DNA of 64,000 bases from Podarcis liolepis (Eukaryota): assembly GCA_965112155.1 (NCBI GenBank), contig OZ218098.1. The stretch is one strand, 5' to 3'. A program made the position numbers and the translations under genes. The notes under the pieces were generated by a model. That model was not told the DNA's origin. It did not search any database and worked only from the letters and a program-made list of their open reading frames with translations. Shown one piece after another: positions 1 to 13,846 of the stretch (the stretch's first letter is position 1; each line of letters begins with the position of its first letter).

Positions 1-874
1 AAACCTGCTAGTCAGGAATGTGCTCAAGTTGCTGCAAAGCAGCTGAATGCAAAAGGAAACTGGGCATTTTTTCCTCCCTCACTTGGATGCAGCCTATTAT
101 GAGGATGTGGCTGGGTTGGTTGTTTCCTGTTCTTGGAATGCTGAGGGATGGGATGAAGCAAATCATACTCAGCGTGGTATGAAACCAAGTGCTGATATCA
201 TAGTGTTGGCAAATGTGAGAGGGTTTGTTTTTTGCTATTTTATATGTGTGAGTGGGCATTTTCTGCCTCAAGGCCTTGGAAACCTGAGATGTGGTTTAAT
301 GTAAAGGCTGAGGTTTTGTTCAGTCCCTAATTCATGCTGCAATCCTACACTAAGTAGGCATATATAGTATTGTCCTGTCACGTTGCCTTCAGCCTTGGCT
401 ACTCCTTCTGTGCTTGTCTGAACAGCCATTGGTAGTTGGGGGGATATTTAAATAGGTGCATAAAAAGCAACAGTTTAGGGAATTCTTATTTCTCAACATT
501 TCCCCTGAAATATATGTACAGATGACCTTATAGTGACTATTTTGCAATGCTCATAGTTACACCCTTCTGTGGCACGTAACAATGTTTAAAGTATGATAGA
601 ATAAGGTTAACATATTAGCCCACCAACTGCCTTAATGTTTCAATAATGTAGATATTATTCTGTAAATACAGAGGGTAACCCTGTCAAACTGGTAACTCTT
701 GATTTGTAAGCAATATACGTAGAAGCACCTATTCTGCTGCCTGAATTGATGTACCCATTCTCTGGCACATTACTAGTGAGGCCTTTGCAATTGCTTTTCA
801 GGAATTCCTCTCACCCTCTTAATGAGTTTTCAGTTTTGTTGACTGCTTCTGCTCCTTGGTACTGATGTAGATAT

Positions 875-956
875 ATCTGTTATTATTGCTATTGCTATTT
901 CTGTTGTCTGGTCTTTAATTTGACCGTAATAAAGATTGATTGATTGATTGATTGAT
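875..956 (+). mobile_element. Non-LTR retroelement 3' tail ending in (GATT)n
   Basis: T-rich tract, then gaccgtAATAAA followed directly by (gatt)5 at 934-956; family not determined. Confidence 0.4.
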
Positions 957-1151
957 GGTTTTGCTGTTTACTGGCTATATTCTATTCATTACTGTGGTGC
1001 TGTATGAATGTTAAAACTGATACCGTCTTTGTAAACAGCTGGAAAAACCTCTGCCATAGACTTGTATGGAAAATCTGAAACTTGGCAGGAGGGAAAGGCT
1101 GACAGACAAGATACTGGACATCAAAACTAGAAGGCATTCGGGGCTAAATTA

Positions 1152-1307
1152 CCTTATTTTTCCATCTAGAGGGCGCCCCATGTATAATACTGTTTTGGGG
1201 GACTCAGTTTTAAGAAAATGGGGGGAGATGTATCCGTGTATAAGACGCCCCCTAATTTTTGACATTTTAAAGGGGAAAAACCTAGTCTTATACACGGAAA
1301 AATACGG
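1152..1307. mobile_element. Tc1/mariner-pogo-type MITE
   Basis: ta|ccttatttttcc ... ggaaaaatacgg|ta imperfect TIRs with TA duplication; internal gtgtataagac motif in both orientations. Confidence 0.7.
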
Positions 1308-2595
1308 TACCTTTAAGTGTGTGTTTCAAGTATTTGTGCTCCCAGTTTGTGTACGGTACTTCACAAGGACTACCAAGATCATTCCTTTTGAAATCCACAT
1401 GTTGTTGCAGTGGGGACTTTTAAAAATTGTTTTAATATCTTTGACTGCCGGATAACTCTAATAGGTTTCAAATTTTTTATTGAATATTTTAAGCAGATTC
1501 TGTCCCAGAATAATGTATCTTTATCTGAGACCTCTGGTGTTGATTGCTGTGTAGTATCCTGCCTTATGCTCGATGATGGCTTCCAAGCCGGATCCTGAAC
1601 TGGGATTTTGGGAGTCTTGCCTACAAGAGTCTTGTCCACAAACAGATGTGCTGAGAGGGTGTTTCCATACCAGGTGTTTACTTGACAACTGCCACTCGCT
1701 CTTTACAGAGCATCTGGAAAATGTACTTGTGAATTTATTGTTCTGCTGCATTTTCTTCACAGTGCTTCCCTCTCTTTTGAGAGCTCACAATAGAATAGAA
1801 TCGTGAAGCGATATGGCTAGAGGAGAATAAAGGGGAAATAATGCTTTAAAATTAAATACAGTATTTCTTTTCCTGCCTAGAGATTAAATATGCTTCCAAG
1901 CCCTGAAGCACAACTTTATTTTTCTAAATACGTCTCAGTGAGTCAATCTTCTGTCTCTGCTGATTCATTCATGGCTGGATCCTTACTTTCTCCTTTTGTC
2001 TCTTCCATTGTTGGGGCAAGTAGTGACAAACCTAAAATCTATTGTCCTTCTGTTACCCCTTCCTCTATCTGTCTGGCTACTTTAATAATCACTTCACATG
2101 CACCCACCTCCTCTAATCGTCATTGTACTGCTCTAGATTCATTGTCTTCTATTGCTAACTATCGCATTATGGACAACAGCTAGCAAAAACAACACAAAGC
2201 TTAAATTGATTCCTGTGTAGGAGAGGAAGCATCATGAAGAATATCGATTTCAAGCCTCTTCAAAAAGCCCACAGTATTGTGGCTTGAAGTAACTTGGGTT
2301 GTGGGTAGCAGAGGAAGGTAGCTTAGAGAGGAACCAAAAACGAAAGATGTGACAGTGTTGAAACAGTGGTGTGTCGTGCTGCCAAAGCTCTGTCAGTTTT
2401 CAGACTAGATGTGCTGTGAGATTGAAGTGCCTTGTTCTTGTGTGTGTTTTGACCTATGTTGCGACTGGGAAAGCAACAGGAAAACCCAGCTGGGATTCAT
2501 TAAAGGAGGAGAAGAAGAAACATTTATTGCTGTAGACTTTGTTATGGTCTTGGCATATTTTAGGAGCCAAAGCCGTTCATTCTTCCTTGGGGAGG

Positions 2596-2625
2596 AAACA
2601 AACAAACAAACAAACAAACAAACAA
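2596..2625. repeat. (AAAC)n microsatellite
   Basis: Direct reading. Confidence 0.9.
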
Positions 2626-3104
2626 AAGCATTGCCCACAAAATATGCCATTTTAGTTAATTTTGCATAAACACGCTTAATTTGCATGCTTGGTTACTCCT
2701 GTTTAATCTGCATGCTGTGCTTGCAGAGGCATAGGTGCTGTGCAGAGCGGGGATATTATGCCCAGAGATGAGAGAAGAAATGTGAGAGAATGGAGAGCCA
2801 AAAAGTTGTTTGTAGGAAGAGGATATGACATAGAAGCACAGCATGCACCAAAAAACCGCAAAGGACACGGAAGCGCCGCTTAAATTCCCTGAACCCAGTG
2901 TTACTTAGTCATCTCTGTTTTATTTTGTTTTTAGTTAATATTTCAGATTATCATGAATTCCAGTTTCATTCCAGAAATTAAATCCTGTACAAAGTGTCCC
3001 TATTAATGGAAGGTGAGCAGATCTGATCTTAATTCACTGTGTTTACAGACTTGCATCTCCTATTGCATCAAATGCGCTTGCTGAAATGTTGAAGACAGAC
3101 TGGA

Positions 3105-3106
<2 letters not shown>

Positions 3107-3153
<47 letters not shown>
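3107..3153. repeat. (AT)n microsatellite
   Basis: Direct reading. Confidence 0.95.
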
Positions 3154-3158
<5 letters not shown>

Positions 3159-3711
3159 ATTTGTGGAAAAGATGCTATGCTGTTCTTCTCTACCCACACC
3201 TGAAACCCGGATTCTTGTTGGAGTTGTCTTGGAGAATTGAGGAGACAATTATTGATGATGATTTTGATTTTAATTTCATCACATGCCTAATGGCATTTCT
3301 CTTGAGTTTCTGCAGCTCAGTTATGTATCAACCAGATTGGACGATCTGAAGGACAAAGGCAAGTGCTTGCTAAGAAATGGATGGAATCCTAATTTTTCCC
3401 AGTACCTAAGTCAGTCCCTCAGGGGCTGGCCTAAGACATTTTGGCACGTGAGGCAAACCACCAAATGACTTTCCCCTCCCCGGTAGGAAAGAAGGGTTGA
3501 GTGAAGATATTTGGAACAAGCTGGGAATAAAGATCTACAATGAGATATTCTGCCCCTGTGGATCCTGCTGCCTGAAGCAATTGCCTCCCCTTACCTCATG
3601 GGTGGGCTGTCCCTGCTGCCCCCTGTAGTACAACATTAAAGCTGAGCATTTTTAGAGAGCAGAGTTGTAAATATCCATGTGCCCTCCCACCCCTTTTTCT
3701 GAGAACTAATG

Positions 3712-3847
3712 CAGAGGTGGCTAACCTGTGGCTTTCTAGATGTCATTGCATTCCAGCTCCCATCAGCCTCAGCCAGCATGGCCAGTGGTTAGGGACAAAG
3801 GAAGTTGTAGTCTAGCAATATGCAGAGGCCCCAAATCCCCACCTCTG
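3712..3847. mobile_element. Decayed palindromic hAT MITE (same family as 42319-42454)
   Basis: cagaggtgg...ccacctctg ends; internal ctcccatca / gaagttgtagtc motifs. Confidence 0.65.
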
Positions 3848-5789
3848 AACTAGAAGAAGACACAACAGCGTGTAAATGTTCCCTTGCACACATACTGTCC
3901 TACCTTACCTAGCCATGCACACACCTTGATATATGGCCTTCAGTTGATTTCTGCTGCTTAACAACAATTAGACAGTGAAACCATCACTACAAATTCATTT
4001 CCTGTTAGATTGGCTTATGCAGCCCCTTCCCACCCACTGTATTAGTTGCTGCTACCATTAAACGTTAAACACTTCTGCCACCATTCACCTTGGCTGTTGT
4101 ACTCACTGTTTAATGCGTTGCTGTTCTCGGTACTTTGGGGAGTTTACTTTCCCCTTTCAAGCTGCCACGGCTTCTGCTTTCCAATATATTCATGAATGGA
4201 TACGGCCATGGAAGGGAAGTCCTGGGAAGCAATGCTACTGTCGATAAATGATCGGCTGTTATCTCCAGTTTCTGCTTTTTATGTAGTGCCCCAATTGTGC
4301 CATTCTGGGAAGAAGAAAGAAAACTCACCTCCTCTCCCTGGTGGCTGACTAATACTTGCCACCCATGCCATTTGTTCATTTTCTTTCATGTATGGCATAA
4401 CTGGATTATGGAAAAGTAGTTTAAAGAGTGCATTCAATCTCTTATAGGGAATGCCACAGGCCTTGATCTAGAACTCTGTGTGCTGTATGGAGCCTAAAAC
4501 AGGCTGTATGTAAACAGACCTAAATAGAAAGAAGGGTGGTTCTTGAGCCTAAGACAACAAACAGGGATTCTGAAGCATTTGAAACTGTTGGTGGCTCAGC
4601 CATGCATTCCCATCATTGCAGTGAGCAAGGAGGTTGATGGTGGTAGCATACATGAGACATTTTGTTCCCCATACCCTTAAAAAAAAATAATCTACACCTT
4701 GTGACTTTACTGTGGAAACCTATGCATGTCTCCTTGGAAGTGAATACCACTGAGTTCAATGGGCCTTAATCCCAGAATTTGCAGCCTGTCTCCTTGTTTT
4801 CAATTTCAGCGGCCTGGTTTGCACATCACTTTAAACTCTAGTTTAAATTTAAGCTATGGTTTAAAGTGTATGAGCAAAGCGTTTGGCATACTACTCAAAA
4901 GACCTACAGTGCTCCTCCCTGATCCTTTCTTTAGCACACCTGGAAGCAATATATTTTTATTGTCTCACAAACTTAAAAGAAATACAGCTTCTTGTGCGTG
5001 CTCGCAAGTTTTCCTGCAGTAGTACACTTTAGTTCCAGCTGATGAGGTTATGCTAACTGTTTGGGCTTCTGAAGTAATAAATCATGCCTAAAATATGTAG
5101 GATTTATCATGACAAATTTATTGTCCGGAATCCAGAATGCCTGACCCTGGTTTTTAAATCTTCCATCACTAGCTAGGATTAAGTATTGTAGTCTTAAAAC
5201 TATAACATTGGAAGGGATCAAAAGGCCACATGATTCCACCTCCTACCAGAAGGAAAGCCCTCATTGCAAAATATCAACCCTGTAAAATATATACTCATTT
5301 GTGTCATCTGAGTAAGGAAAAGTCTTCTCCAAATGACCAGGCAAGGAAGCTCTATTCAGGTGTTTGTGAATGGGTAGCTTCACCCCTGGTTTTGCCTCCT
5401 GTAACTAGTAATTATTAACATTTCACAAACACTTAAAGCAATTAGATGCTGTTCAAAGAATTATTAAATTGTCTTTGCATCTACCCACAGATTTATAATC
5501 TAAGAACTATTTTTCTTGTTATTTCTAACCTCCTGAATTCTCTTCTCTTAGCTTCCTTTTGTCCTATAATATTCTATGTCTCTTTGTAGAAATGTAGAAG
5601 GGTGCACAGTGGGTCATATCCCATTTAAAGAGAGGTTAATACAATCTTATTTATAACCACTAAGGGATGCTCCCTTTTGTTTTGTTTTTTTCTTACAATC
5701 TAAGGTAGACATAATGTATGAGAGAAGCAAGGGATGAAATGTAACTGGAAACCCAGAGAGGAGGCACCAAGCTGAAGAGGGGGGAAGGA

Positions 5790-6300
5790 GAAAGAGAATT
5801 GGTTAGAAAAATCATGGGAAAAGATGTGAGCTTTGAGCAGTTCTTTACAGTAGCTAAAGATGAAATAGCATGGGTACATAGAGCAAGGGGTTTCTGGCAA
5901 TAAGGTGCTGCCCTAGAGTATGAATAGACAGAGGAAAGAACTGAGAGAGGCTGGAGTTATTAAGATTGGAATAAGGAGAATGAAAGGAACAGGAAGGAAT
6001 ATAGATGCAAAAAGCAGAGCACAAAGCAGCAAGAGTGGTGAACTTTAAAAGGCAGGACCTTATTAATATGAAATGGATATAATAAACCAATTAAAATGGA
6101 CAGATATTATTGGAACCAGTGAAAATACAGGTGGTGGAGATTGAATTTTAGAGACATGGCATGGACTGGGGTAGCAGGTTAGCAATGGATTGAATCTGAA
6201 ATTAGATAGTCAGAAGTTAATCCCAGTTTATATGATCAGGTAAGGATGTATTGATGAAATTGTAATCTCAAAAGAAGCATTTGACAACTCTTTAAATAGA
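5790..6300 (-). mobile_element. Old L2-type LINE 3' fragment (approximate bounds)
   Basis: Purine-rich on +; minus-strand frames give KELLKAHIFS (L2 C-terminal FKxLLKTHLF-like) and an HW(F/L) motif near 6115. Confidence 0.5.
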
Positions 6301-9006
6301 CTAGGTCTCTCTAAAGCAGGGATTGGATAAAGCAGACAGGGTCCAGAGAGAAAAGAAAATGATAACTTACTTACTGATAACAAACTGAAGACAATCGGGG
6401 TGTAGCTTGAGGAGAAGTAAAAAGAGGTTTGCCTTATTTACAGGGCTCAGACATACATGGGGCAGAGAGACTCCTTCAGAGCTTCCATCAAGTCCTTCAA
6501 GTCTCAGCTCCCTTTCTCTGTCACTGATAGCTAACTCCCAACAGGCTACAAGCTCTGGCCATTCATAGTCTGCTGTCAGCCAGACCAGTGACATAATTTA
6601 CCATTAATGATCCCTGCTCTTGTACAACACAAGGGGCCCCTGTATTCCCTCTGTGGGTGGGTGCCTGTGTAGGAGAACATTTACACATCATTGTGTCTTC
6701 CACTAGTTCTGGTATGGGGAGTACAACTTCTACCATCTTTGATCATTGGGTCTGCTGGCTGGGGTTGATGGGAGTTGGGAGTACAACAAAATCTGGAGGG
6801 CCACAGATTCCGCCCCAATCTCTTCTAATGGGTCAGCCGTACACGGTATAGTCTGGATTGTCTGTTTCTTGTAGCTGCTCTTCTTCTTGCGAGGTAGAGT
6901 AGACTATTTGCAGATTCCCTTTTTCCTCATTTTCCTGTTCACTGCTACCCACACATCAGTTTTATTATTATTTTTGCACTCAACATTTGATTAACTGGCA
7001 AGGAGGAGACAGCCGAGAAGGAGGCCTGGAAAGTGAGCCAGATTTGACATGGAAACATTACACTTGGCTAATAATCTAAATTTGAGCCCAGCACCTTTTA
7101 GGATAGTAAACTCTAAATGTTTTGCTTAGCAACTGTTGCCAAGGATTAATCTGTATGATAGCAAGACAAACAGAGCTTGCTCCATTCTCATGTTAATATT
7201 AATTTACACTCGGAAGGTGCCATGCTTCAAATATATTACAAATGCTTTAACTTATTCACTCACTGAGTGAAAGACAGAAAATGGGCTGTGCAGGGGAAAA
7301 TGTATTTTGGTTACGTATTAAATGACGTTTAATCAAACAGCATGCGTTTCTAGCTGCTGGTGTGGTATTTGACTCTTTGTTTTTTCTAAAAACCAAGTGT
7401 AGCCATGCTGGTCTGTAAGAAATTTCACAGCAGAGAATATAAGGAACAAACATTGGCTTAAAAGTGTTGGGGTCAAAGCTGTTCTAAACTCCTTTCTGGG
7501 AACCTGCTTGTTTGTGAACTCTTAGTAAGAAAGAATTTGGCTTCCTGTGTTGTGCAAACCAGGCCTAAGCAGCGTGGATAATCAGTTTTAATGTCAAGGT
7601 GTGTGCGCTAATGAGATTCTTCACCATTGACATGCATACATAAAGCAATACATTTTTAAAATGGCACTCTCTTCCTCTCTTTTATTATGTTTCAATGTAT
7701 AAACTAGAATAGTTACAGTCCACGACTACTTATATTACAGTTGTCCTCTGTGATTATTATGAAACAATAGAACTAATATTTGTAAAAAGCGACTAACACA
7801 CCTATACCCACATGTGTCTAACTAAAATTCATTTATCGTAAATGCATAATATTCCTACAGGCAAGAGATGATATTTAATGGGACACAGCTATTGAGGATT
7901 ACACTTAGAAACATGCTGAAAATAGAGACTAAGTTTGTTCAAATGATGACATCTTTTCCTACTGCTTTTTCACAGCCATACTTTATAGACTTTCCTTGGG
8001 TTATCACATGTTGGGTGATAATATTAAGTGGGTGCCTCAGTTTTTGAAGAGAGGGGGAAATAACTTTGAATAACTCCTGTTTAAAATTATGGATTTAAGC
8101 AGCTAAAGCTTAAAACATACTTCTTTGTTTTGTTTTGTTTAAGCAAAATGGTTTTTTCTCATGATCTTGCAGCTGAGTACTTCCAGAATAGAAGTGGGGA
8201 GTCTGAGGCCCTGGGGGTGTATGTGGCCCTCCAGGCCTCAATATCTGGCCCTCTGGACTTTCCCCAGCCACACTGCACTCTACACCTCCACCTGGAGTGG
8301 CACCAGGTGTCCCAAGTCATAACAGATCAGTGTCAGTGTAGTTTTAACATACTTAAATACCCACCGTCATCTTCATCTTTGTGTGTGGCATATCCAGCCT
8401 TTTTTAATCTTAGCAATTTTTTTCTTTTTAAATGGATGTTACGTAGTTCTTAATGCAAACAGATTAGGCGTTACGTTTAAATTTGACTTGTTTCTCATCT
8501 GCAGCCACTTTCTCCTTTTCACCCTGCTCCAAATTGGGACAATCTAAATTAGTTACCATGTTACTTGGTTACCATGGCAGCTGATCTCAGCTTTATGTGT
8601 CTTAAGTTCTTCATATCTGTGACTCAATTCAGTTGGCTAGGTTTCTCTCTCTCTTTTTAAGTGGAGTACAGCATTGCTACTGCCTACTATATGTAGGGAG
8701 GTGAGGTGAGAGAGAAAGTATTTTGAATATGAGGATAGCTAATTCCTGCTTTGTTTGGAGAGCATCTTTAAAATCAGAAGTATTAATCACAATAGTATGC
8801 ATACCTAGTTTGAGCTGCTAAGTAAGTATGGATTCTGCTTGAACTCATTGGATCAACAAGCGTGTCTGTCCTTGCTCCCTCTGCATCCTCTTTTTCTACC
8901 CTATTTATAGCAGGAGATAGAAATTTTGAACCAGGAATACTGAGACAAAGTGCAGACTCTGAGGGCTGTAGCAAGATTCTGAGAAATCCAGCATTTGCAT
9001 CTGGGA

Positions 9007-9550
9007 ATAAGGACACAAGAAGAGCCTGCTGGACCAGACCAATGAAACATCTGGTCTGGAATCCTGTGCTCACTGTGACCAACCAGATGCCCATAGGAAG
9101 CCTTCAAGCAGAACCTAAATGCAGAAGCACTCTCTCCCATCTGTGATTGCCAGCTACTGATATTCAGAGGCAAACTATTGCTGACTGGGAAGGTTGAACA
9201 TAGCCAGTGTGGCAAGTAGTCACTGGTAGCCCATGGAATTGACTAATTCTCTATTAAAGCCATCTGAGTTAGTGGCCAGCACTGCCCTGTGTGGAAGCAG
9301 ATTCCATAGTTCAACCAAGCACTGTGTGAAGATCTTTTTGTCTGCCCTGAATCTTCCAACATTCAGGTTCCTTGGATGTTCATGCACTCTAGTGTTATGA
9401 GAGAGGATGAAAAACTTTCCTCTACCCACTTTCTTCATACCGTGCATAATTTTATACACTTCTGACATCTTGTCTTCTACTCCCAAATACTGAAACCTTT
9501 CCTCATAGGGGAGCTGTTCCATCACGGTAATTTTGGTTGCCCTTTTCTGA
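9007..9550 (-). mobile_element. CR1 LINE 3' fragment (RT C-terminus plus 3'UTR)
   Basis: ORF 9220-9525(-): LPYEER..EVYKIMHG..HNTR..GRFRADK..FTQ..VELWNLLP..V.A...GF is the typical CR1 ORF2 tail. Confidence 0.85.
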
Positions 9551-9924
9551 GAAACCCGAGGTCCACTTCTGCAGGACTAGAGAGTGTTTTAAATGTTTCC
9601 TCAAATTAGCTGATTAGTTGACTTCAGGTTGTTCAGTTACTGGAAGATAATATGAACAGTTGGTACTTGAGACAGGACTGCTTTATGTCCTTCTGGCGTT
9701 CACTGTGAAAGGACTTAGGCCCCAAATATCTGCAAGTCTACCTTATTCCCTTCAGACCCTCTGAAGTGTTAAGATCACACCACTCTCGAGACATTTGTGG
9801 GGGTAGCAGCCACAAGCTGTGGAATTTCCTTCGCACATGCATGGATGTCCATAGGTGTGGGCAGTTGTCCCCCCCCCCCTGGATAAACCACCTGAGATAT
9901 GAGACAAAATGTATAGATACTGTA

Positions 9925-9929
9925 ATAAC

Positions 9930-9980
<51 letters not shown>

Positions 9981-10158
9981 TTATTATTTATACCCCGCCC
10001 ATCTGGCTGGGTGTCCCCAGTCACTCTGGGCGGCTTCCATAAAAACCAAAAATACAGTAAAATATCACACGTTAAAAACTTCCCTGAACAGGGCTGCCTT
10101 AAGATGTCTTCTGAATGTCAGGTAGTTGTTTATCGTTTTGACATCTGCTGGAAGGGCG
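9925..10158 (-). mobile_element. Young 5'-truncated LINE (L2-like) 3' end with (AAT)n tail and 7-bp TSD
   Basis: (aat)n 9924-9980, then ataccccgcccatctggctggg...; TACTGTA at 9918-9924 and 10159-10165. Related copies in opposite orientation at about 14165-14260, 25670-25745 and 38835-38928. Confidence 0.75.
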
Positions 10159-11500
10159 TACTGTACTCACACTATATAGCCTGCTCCCTGCCTTTCTATA
10201 TTTTACTCCCTCCTCCACACAAAAAATAAAAATTCTGCAGATGCCCATGTCCACAGAGGTGCAACTGCCACCTTCATTTATAGCTTTAATCATTTTAGCC
10301 CTGTATTACTGTGGTGTTGCAACCTGCCCATGGACCTTATGGTGAAGGGTGGGAAAGAAATCCATTCAACAACAACACTAACACATCCTTATCCTGCTCT
10401 GTATCGTTGGTACCTGGGCTGGCCACTTGCACATACCAATTCTACATAGTTGTCTAGCTTGCTTGGCTTTCTTTAATGCCACTCCTCACCCCCTAAGCCA
10501 GTTTGTGCCAGCTCGATACTCCCTGCTGATATGCTTCTTAGCTGCTGCTCCCCATATATAGCCCATTGGATTCTTTGTTTGCCTTGCACTGCCTTGTACT
10601 GAAGCAAAACTCCCCTGAACCTTTTATGGTTCTCTGTAAGCGTTAAACTCCTATTCCTCTGGAGCAGCATAAGTACTTTCAGTCAAGGCACTGCTAAGGA
10701 CAGGAGAATTCCTCCCATCTGTGGCTGCAGGAAAATAGTACAGATGCTGGCACAATAACTTTGCAGGGTGATGCCATGATTGCTCCCACTTCATTAGACC
10801 CAGCTCTAAGAAACATAAATCTTCCGTGCCCTTAATGTTCCTGCCCTCTTTTGAAGGCCATTCCTGTTTCTTGCGCTCAAATGGTATTGGCAGCAGAAGA
10901 CAAAAGGTTGCTCACATTAGACATTTACTGAAAGGGTAATTCTTCTAGCTGTGAGAGCTTCTGCATATTTCAGTTGCCCTGGCATAATAATTGCCAGTTG
11001 TCTTTAGATGGAAGCCCTGCTGCAAATCAGGAGGGGCTTAGACTTCGTGTGACTTCTGTGGAATGCAGAAATGCTGTGAATATGCCCAGTCCAGCTTACT
11101 AACCTGAATTTAAGATTTATACCTGCAAAAAAGCACTTAGTAATAGGAGCGAATGGAGGCTCTCTGTGAAGTTCATCTGCGTGTTGATTAGACTGCCACA
11201 CAGCTGCTATGGTGTCGGGTTGTCAAGGTGCTGGGAATGTTTACATGCTCAAGGTTACCTCTGTCTCTTGGATACAGGACTGACTTCGATGACTTTTTGC
11301 TTGCACTCATGCCTCCTCCATAGTACCATTTTAGCATTTTTAGTTTTGGGACTATTCTGCTCTGCCAAAGTCACTTTTCTATCCAATGTGAAATAGAGAG
11401 TGTATCTCAGGCTGGCACACACCTACTCGCCCACCAGGTTTCTAATTCCTTGAAAGCAGGGATTGCATCATTGTTTGAAGGATATGCTGAAATAAGCATG

Positions 11501-11652
11501 GGTAAAAAGGTAAAGGACCCCTGGATGGTTAAGTCCAGCCAAAGGTGACTATGGGATGCTGTGCTCATCTCGCTTCAGGCTGAGGGAGCTGGCGTTTGTC
11601 CACAGACAGCTTTCTGGGTCATGTGACCAGCATGACTAAACTGCTTCTGGCT
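11501..11652 (-). mobile_element. Sauria SINE (Squam1-type), truncated
   Basis: ggtaaaaaggtaaaggacccctgga..gtccacagacagctttc..catgactaaac is the reverse complement of the Sauria SINE 3' part with its (ACCTTT)n tail. Confidence 0.8.
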
Positions 11653-11934
11653 GAAATAAGCATTTCACCTCTCGGATCCATATGGGGACTAGTTCTGCTC
11701 TCATACATTTGGGATATGGGAGATAGCATAATCTGGAAGCTGGTTCAGAAACTTGTCTGCTGTTTGTGGCACCCCAGAGTTCAGTTGGGGGTCTTCCCCT
11801 CTCTACCAGTCACTTCACATCTGTTGATGTGATTTTAGGCACTCTCTTAGCACCTGACTCCAGTAAATCTGTTTAAACCTATTGCCAGTAGCATCCCCTC
11901 CCCCCGCAACTTTATCCCCAAACTTCAGACTGAT

Positions 11935-12170
11935 GAGCCAGTGTGGTGTAGTGGTTAAGAGCAGTGGACTCGTAATCTGGTGAACCGGGTTCGCGTCTCC
12001 GCTCCTCCACATGCAGCTGCTGGGTGACCTTGGGCTAGTCATACTTCTTTGAAGTCTCTCAGCCGCACTCACCTCACAGAGTGTTTGTTGTGGGGGAGGA
12101 GAATGTTAGCTGCTTTGAGACTCCTTCGGGTAGTGATAAAGCGGGATATCAAATCCAAACTCTCTTCTTC
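11935..12170 (+). mobile_element. tRNA-derived SINE (Squam3-like), near full length
   Basis: A box TGGTGTAGTGG, B box GGTTCGCGTCTCC, CORE-like gggtgaccttgggctagtca, (TCT)n tail. Confidence 0.8.
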
Positions 12171-13801
12171 CTTCCACAATAATGTATCCCATTGCACATT
12201 TCCTGGATTGGCCATCACATGTGCTTCTATGTTCCCCATGAGGGCATGAAGCTTCACAGCAGAAAAATCCTGATCCATCTGGTAAACACTCCCCCTGTCT
12301 CGCACTGTTAACATTTGGATCAGCTTGCAAGGGGAGGCTATTTTGGCAGCATCTCTGGCTAGCAGTATGTGCTCAGGCCCTCCATGTTCTTTAGTTTCCA
12401 TGGCAATCACAGCTAGCCAATAGCCTTACCCTTTCCCTGGGCTCTCTCTTAGTAGGTGTCTCTCCCACGAGGTTCACTACACTAAATCATCTTCATAGAG
12501 CAAGGCAGCTTCTCCACCTTACAAGGAACTTCAATTTCTTTCGTGCAATTTGGTGTTCTGTTTCTAAATTTGTATTGTTGCTGAAATACATCTCCAGCAC
12601 GCTCATGAATTTGCCGCCTCCTACCCAAATTGGCAGCATCCACTCCTCAGTCTTCTGCCAGTCTTTTTGTATGAAAATCAGCATGAAGTACACATAGGCT
12701 TGATCCTCCTTCAGAGATGGGTTTCATGTATGTTGGCCTGATTAACCTCTCCAATTTTCAGTTTATTTAGTCAAACAAATGCCTCCTATCCAGAGGAGGG
12801 AAATTTGTGCCTTTTTTTACCTTTCTGTATTTTTTGTACAAATCTTCCTTTTTTTATTTCCAGCAAGTTGATGATACAAGATGCCAACAACCTGGCAAAA
12901 ATGTTCTTTGCATGCTGGTTCCCCACCCACTTACCTCTCTGCGTGCAATGATATTAGGAGGAGGGAGGGGACCCACCTGCTCCCTTTTCCCTCCCTATCC
13001 TTCCCATGCTTCCCTGAATATATATTAGACAGGGATCTAGGGGAAGGGGATGGTCCTAAATGAAAGTTCCCCTGACAGAAGGTATTGAATAGCCTTATGC
13101 TGTATTATAGGGGCAAATATGCTTTTTTGGGGTTCATTTTAGGCTTCCATAAACCAACTTTCCATTGATATATGATGTGGCTTAAAAACATGAAAAATGG
13201 AGAAATAATGATAATGCCAGCAATAAATAAATAGAATAACAATTGATTGGGGGCATCAAATCCACCTTACTGCCTTTTTGAAAGTTTGAGTTGGCCACCC
13301 AATGAACCTGAAGAGAGGATTTGTTTAGAATAAGAGACAACAGATTGTGAACTTTAAAGAGATTCTTCATCAGATATAAGCGGTCACATAAACATTGGTT
13401 AACCATGCCAATGGTATACCATTAGTGTCGTTAATCCCTTTTTTGCTTGGTGCCATGTGTTGGTCTGCTGAGCAAAGTATAGAGATATTTTCCCCTTCTC
13501 TTCCCACAGTTAGTGCAAAGATGGCTACATCAGACACAGTGTCTCTCTTGTCAGTTATCTTGCAGCATAAGATGATGTGCTGAGGAGGCTGTGTTGGAGA
13601 TAGGTCTCTGTGTGTCCTTCTCCTGTTACGAAAGTGTCATGGATTTCACCAACACCATTCCCATACTCCACAGCACCAACTGTGAAGAGCTGCCCTGAAG
13701 AGTACAACTTTGAACACAACACTTTGTTCCCATCTCTCTGAAGCAGGGGAGACACTGCTCCCTTCCAATGGCTAGTATTATGCATGGAATATATATGCAT
13801 G

Positions 13802-13846
13802 GATAGATAGATAGATAGATTGATAGATAGTTAGTTAGTTAGTTAG
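13802..13846. repeat. Compound (GATA)n-(GTTA)n microsatellite
   Basis: Direct reading. Confidence 0.9.

Noticed and set aside
2450-2490. tgggaaagcaacaggaaaacc resembles codons for WEKQQRKT (end of exon 1)
   Set aside because: Needs two indels, has no upstream DWDRDLLLDP match and no donor; most likely chance.
9752-10229. Poly-Leu, poly-Ile and poly-Asn ORFs
   Set aside because: Translations of the (AAT)n retroelement tail.
11935-12005. tRNA-like sequence with A and B boxes (also 42060-42105)
   Set aside because: No complete cloverleaf, and it continues into a SINE body and tail; these are SINE heads, not tRNA genes.
13340-13375. Minus-strand CUGAUGA suggesting a hammerhead ribozyme
   Set aside because: No GAAA core or properly paired stem II follows.
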